From Chthonomonadales bacterium (GTDB taxonomy: Bacteria > Armatimonadota > Chthonomonadetes > Chthonomonadales > Chthonomonadaceae): DNA of 64,000 nucleotides. The notes below the pieces were generated by a model. It did no database searches, was not told where the DNA came from, and saw nothing but the letters and a program-made list of their open reading frames with translations. Below are positions 62,465 through 64,000 of the stretch, in pieces. The translations under genes were made by a program, and so were the position numbers. The number at the start of each line of letters is the position of its first letter. The stretch's first letter is position 1. The stretch is taken from assembly GCA_038217285.1 (NCBI GenBank), contig JBBQPO010000001.1:5841-69840 (forward strand), given 5' to 3'.

Positions 62465-63859
62465 TTAGTTGCTGCGCGCTTCTTCGATTCGGGCGAGCAG
62501 GTGGGCCAGATGGCGTGTACCCAGGAGGAAATCCGGCAGGCGGATATGCTCATTGGGGGCGTGCACACGAACGCCGGGATACTCGATTCCGGGGCTGGTG
62601 ACGGGCAGCCCAAGCCTGCCGCTGAACCACCACATGGGGCCGGAGCCGCCGACGATGGGCGTGATGCGGGCCGGTTTGCCGTAGACCGCTTCGGCGGTCC
62701 GGGCGGCGAGCTGGATCAGGGGATGGTCTGGATCGACGCGCGCGGGGCGCTGTCCGCCCAGGTATCGGATCTCGATGTCGGCAAAGCCGTGCCTATCGAG
62801 ATGGGTGCGGAGCGCGGCGTACACCGTCTCCGGATCCTGATCGGGCACGAGCCGAAAGTCCATCTTGGCCTTCGCTTCCGACGGCAGGACCGTCTTCGCC
62901 CCTGCTCCCTGCCAGCCGCTGTCGAGGCCGCAGATCGTCAGCGTCGGCTCGAACACAGCGCGGCGTTTCAGCTCCAGCCCCGTGGTCTGCGCTCCGCCCA
63001 GAAAGCCGCCTTCCGGCAGCCCGAACTGGCTGCGCAGATACGCCTCGTCGTCCGGCAGCGCGTCCAGCAGCTCCAGATCCCGTACCGTGGCCAGCCGGGC
63101 CGTATCGTAATGTCCCGGCAGCAGAATGCGCTCGTTCCGGTCTTTGAGTGTGGCCAGCGCCCAGACGAGCCTCCACGCGGCGTTCGGCAACAGCGAGCCG
63201 CCCTGGCCGGAGTGGGCGTCGTAGGCGATGGTCCGGACGCTCAGCTCGAAATAGGCGATTCCGCGCATGCCACAATAGAGAAATGGGTTGCCGTCGTTGT
63301 CGGTGCCGCCCTCTTCCCATATGCAGAAGTCGGCGCGCAGCAGCTCCGTGTTCCGCTCGATCCAGGCCCCAAGATGGGGGCTGCCGATCTCCTCTTCGCC
63401 CTCCACCAGAAACTTGACGTGAAAGGGGTAGCGGCCGCCGTTCGCCTCGCGAATGGCCCGCAGCGCCAGCAGGCGGGAGATGATATGCCCTTTGTCGTCC
63501 GCAACCCCCCGCGCAAAAGCTTTGCCGTCCCGCACCGTCAGTTGAAACGGCGGACTGTCCCAAAGCTCCAGCGGCTCAGCGGGCTGCACATCGTAGTGGT
63601 TGTAGAACAGGACGGTCGGCGCGTCGGCACGGTCGGCACCCGCCTCCCCAAAAGCGACCGGCGGCCCGCCTGGAACATCGAGCACCTGGGCAGTCAGCCC
63701 CTCCGCGCGCATAAACGCCGCGACCTGTTCGGCGCACGGCTCCAGCGCCTCCCCTTTGGCCGAGACGCTCGGCAGCGCGCAGAGCGTGGCGAGGTCCGCC
63801 AATGCGCCCTCGTTTCCAGCGGCGATGATGGCATCCAGTTGTTCGGGTTTAATCAGCAT
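62465..63859 (-). CDS. M20-family metallopeptidase (dipeptidase/ArgE-DapE-like)
   Basis: 464 aa. VLFYNHYDVQP and DDKGHI metal-binding motifs. Confidence 0.85.
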   Translation of the reverse strand: MLIKPEQLDAIIAAGNEGALADLATLCALPSVSAKGEALEPCAEQVAAFMRAEGLTAQVLDVPGGPPVAFGEAGADRADAPTVLFYNHYDVQPAEPLELWDSPPFQLTVRDGKAFARGVADDKGHIISRLLALRAIREANGGRYPFHVKFLVEGEEEIGSPHLGAWIERNTELLRADFCIWEEGGTDNDGNPFLYCGMRGIAYFELSVRTIAYDAHSGQGGSLLPNAAWRLVWALATLKDRNERILLPGHYDTARLATVRDLELLDALPDDEAYLRSQFGLPEGGFLGGAQTTGLELKRRAVFEPTLTICGLDSGWQGAGAKTVLPSEAKAKMDFRLVPDQDPETVYAALRTHLDRHGFADIEIRYLGGQRPARVDPDHPLIQLAARTAEAVYGKPARITPIVGGSGPMWWFSGRLGLPVTSPGIEYPGVRVHAPNEHIRLPDFLLGTRHLAHLLARIEEARSN

Positions 63860-63926
63860 GGGATCTCTTTCATAGGGCGTAAGGAAGCGATGCTAAGTCG
63901 TGCCGAACGATAGCAACAGTGGTGCT

Positions 63927-63992
63927 AGCGATGGAATGAATTCCTTCGCTAGGGGCGCTCTGCGCCGAGTGACTGCCTTCGCGGGCACAAAG
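63927..63992. repeat. Dispersed two-hairpin element, copy 2 (see 19427-19490)
   Basis: The 27-nt core is identical to 19427-19453. The 26-nt tail has 1 mismatch. It lies ~70-130 nt upstream of the M20 peptidase start on the minus strand. Confidence 0.85.
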
Positions 63993-64000
63993 GTGCTCGT

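Overview
64-kb piece of a high-GC bacterial chromosome. Hand counts of single 60-nt lines give about 70 % GC in alaS. The gene content (HAF repeats, DUF1080, DUF1552, GH44) suggests a soil-type Armatimonadota-, Planctomycetota- or Acidobacteriota-like organism, but I cannot assign it.

Layout, left to right:
- Type I R-M genes (hsdS, partial, and hsdR) plus a YgjP-like M48 hydrolase.
- A sugar or sugar-acid utilisation locus: an unknown 678-aa protein, a Gfo/Idh/MocA oxidoreductase, an enolase-superfamily dehydratase, and an ABC binding protein with two permeases.
- A truncated, frameshifted DUF1552 remnant abutted by an IS630-family element whose transposase carries an in-frame TAA.
- A secreted HAF-repeat protein, a DUF1080 protein, and a large membrane protein preceded by a 0.5-kb spacer made almost entirely of repeats.
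- alaS.

The most interesting region is 22.7-32.8 kb on the minus strand, which has clearly lower GC. It holds four large ORFs joined by one-nucleotide stop/start overlaps: an SNF2 ATPase (953 aa), a beta-class N6 DNA methyltransferase (1017 aa), a RhuM-family protein (340 aa), and an SF2 helicase with a C-terminal PD-(D/E)xK nuclease (1058 aa). I read this as an unclassified methylation-associated defence module: a type III Mod/Res-like core, a DISARM-like SNF2 partner and an embedded RhuM. Its neighbours are a DUF4143 AAA ATPase and an RHH-DUF433 / DUF5615 PIN-like toxin-antitoxin pair.

The right half contains:
- An ABC exporter.
- A catabolic cluster: Rieske ferredoxin, amidohydrolase, aldo/keto reductase, MBL hydrolase, and an IorAB-like molybdenum hydroxylase.
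- An unusually composed Mo-bisPGD oxidoreductase cluster: catalytic subunit, NarI-like membrane protein, TDT transporter, small membrane protein, membrane-anchored Rieske protein and a four-cluster FeS protein.
- RIC, tRNA-Asn with a consensus promoter and terminator, a C-N hydrolase, PhyH, a GH44 glycosidase, purD, dnaB, rplI, an mla-like MCE/ABC set and an M20 peptidase.

No CRISPR array, rRNA, reverse transcriptase or cas gene was seen. All functional calls come from motif recognition by eye; no database search was run.
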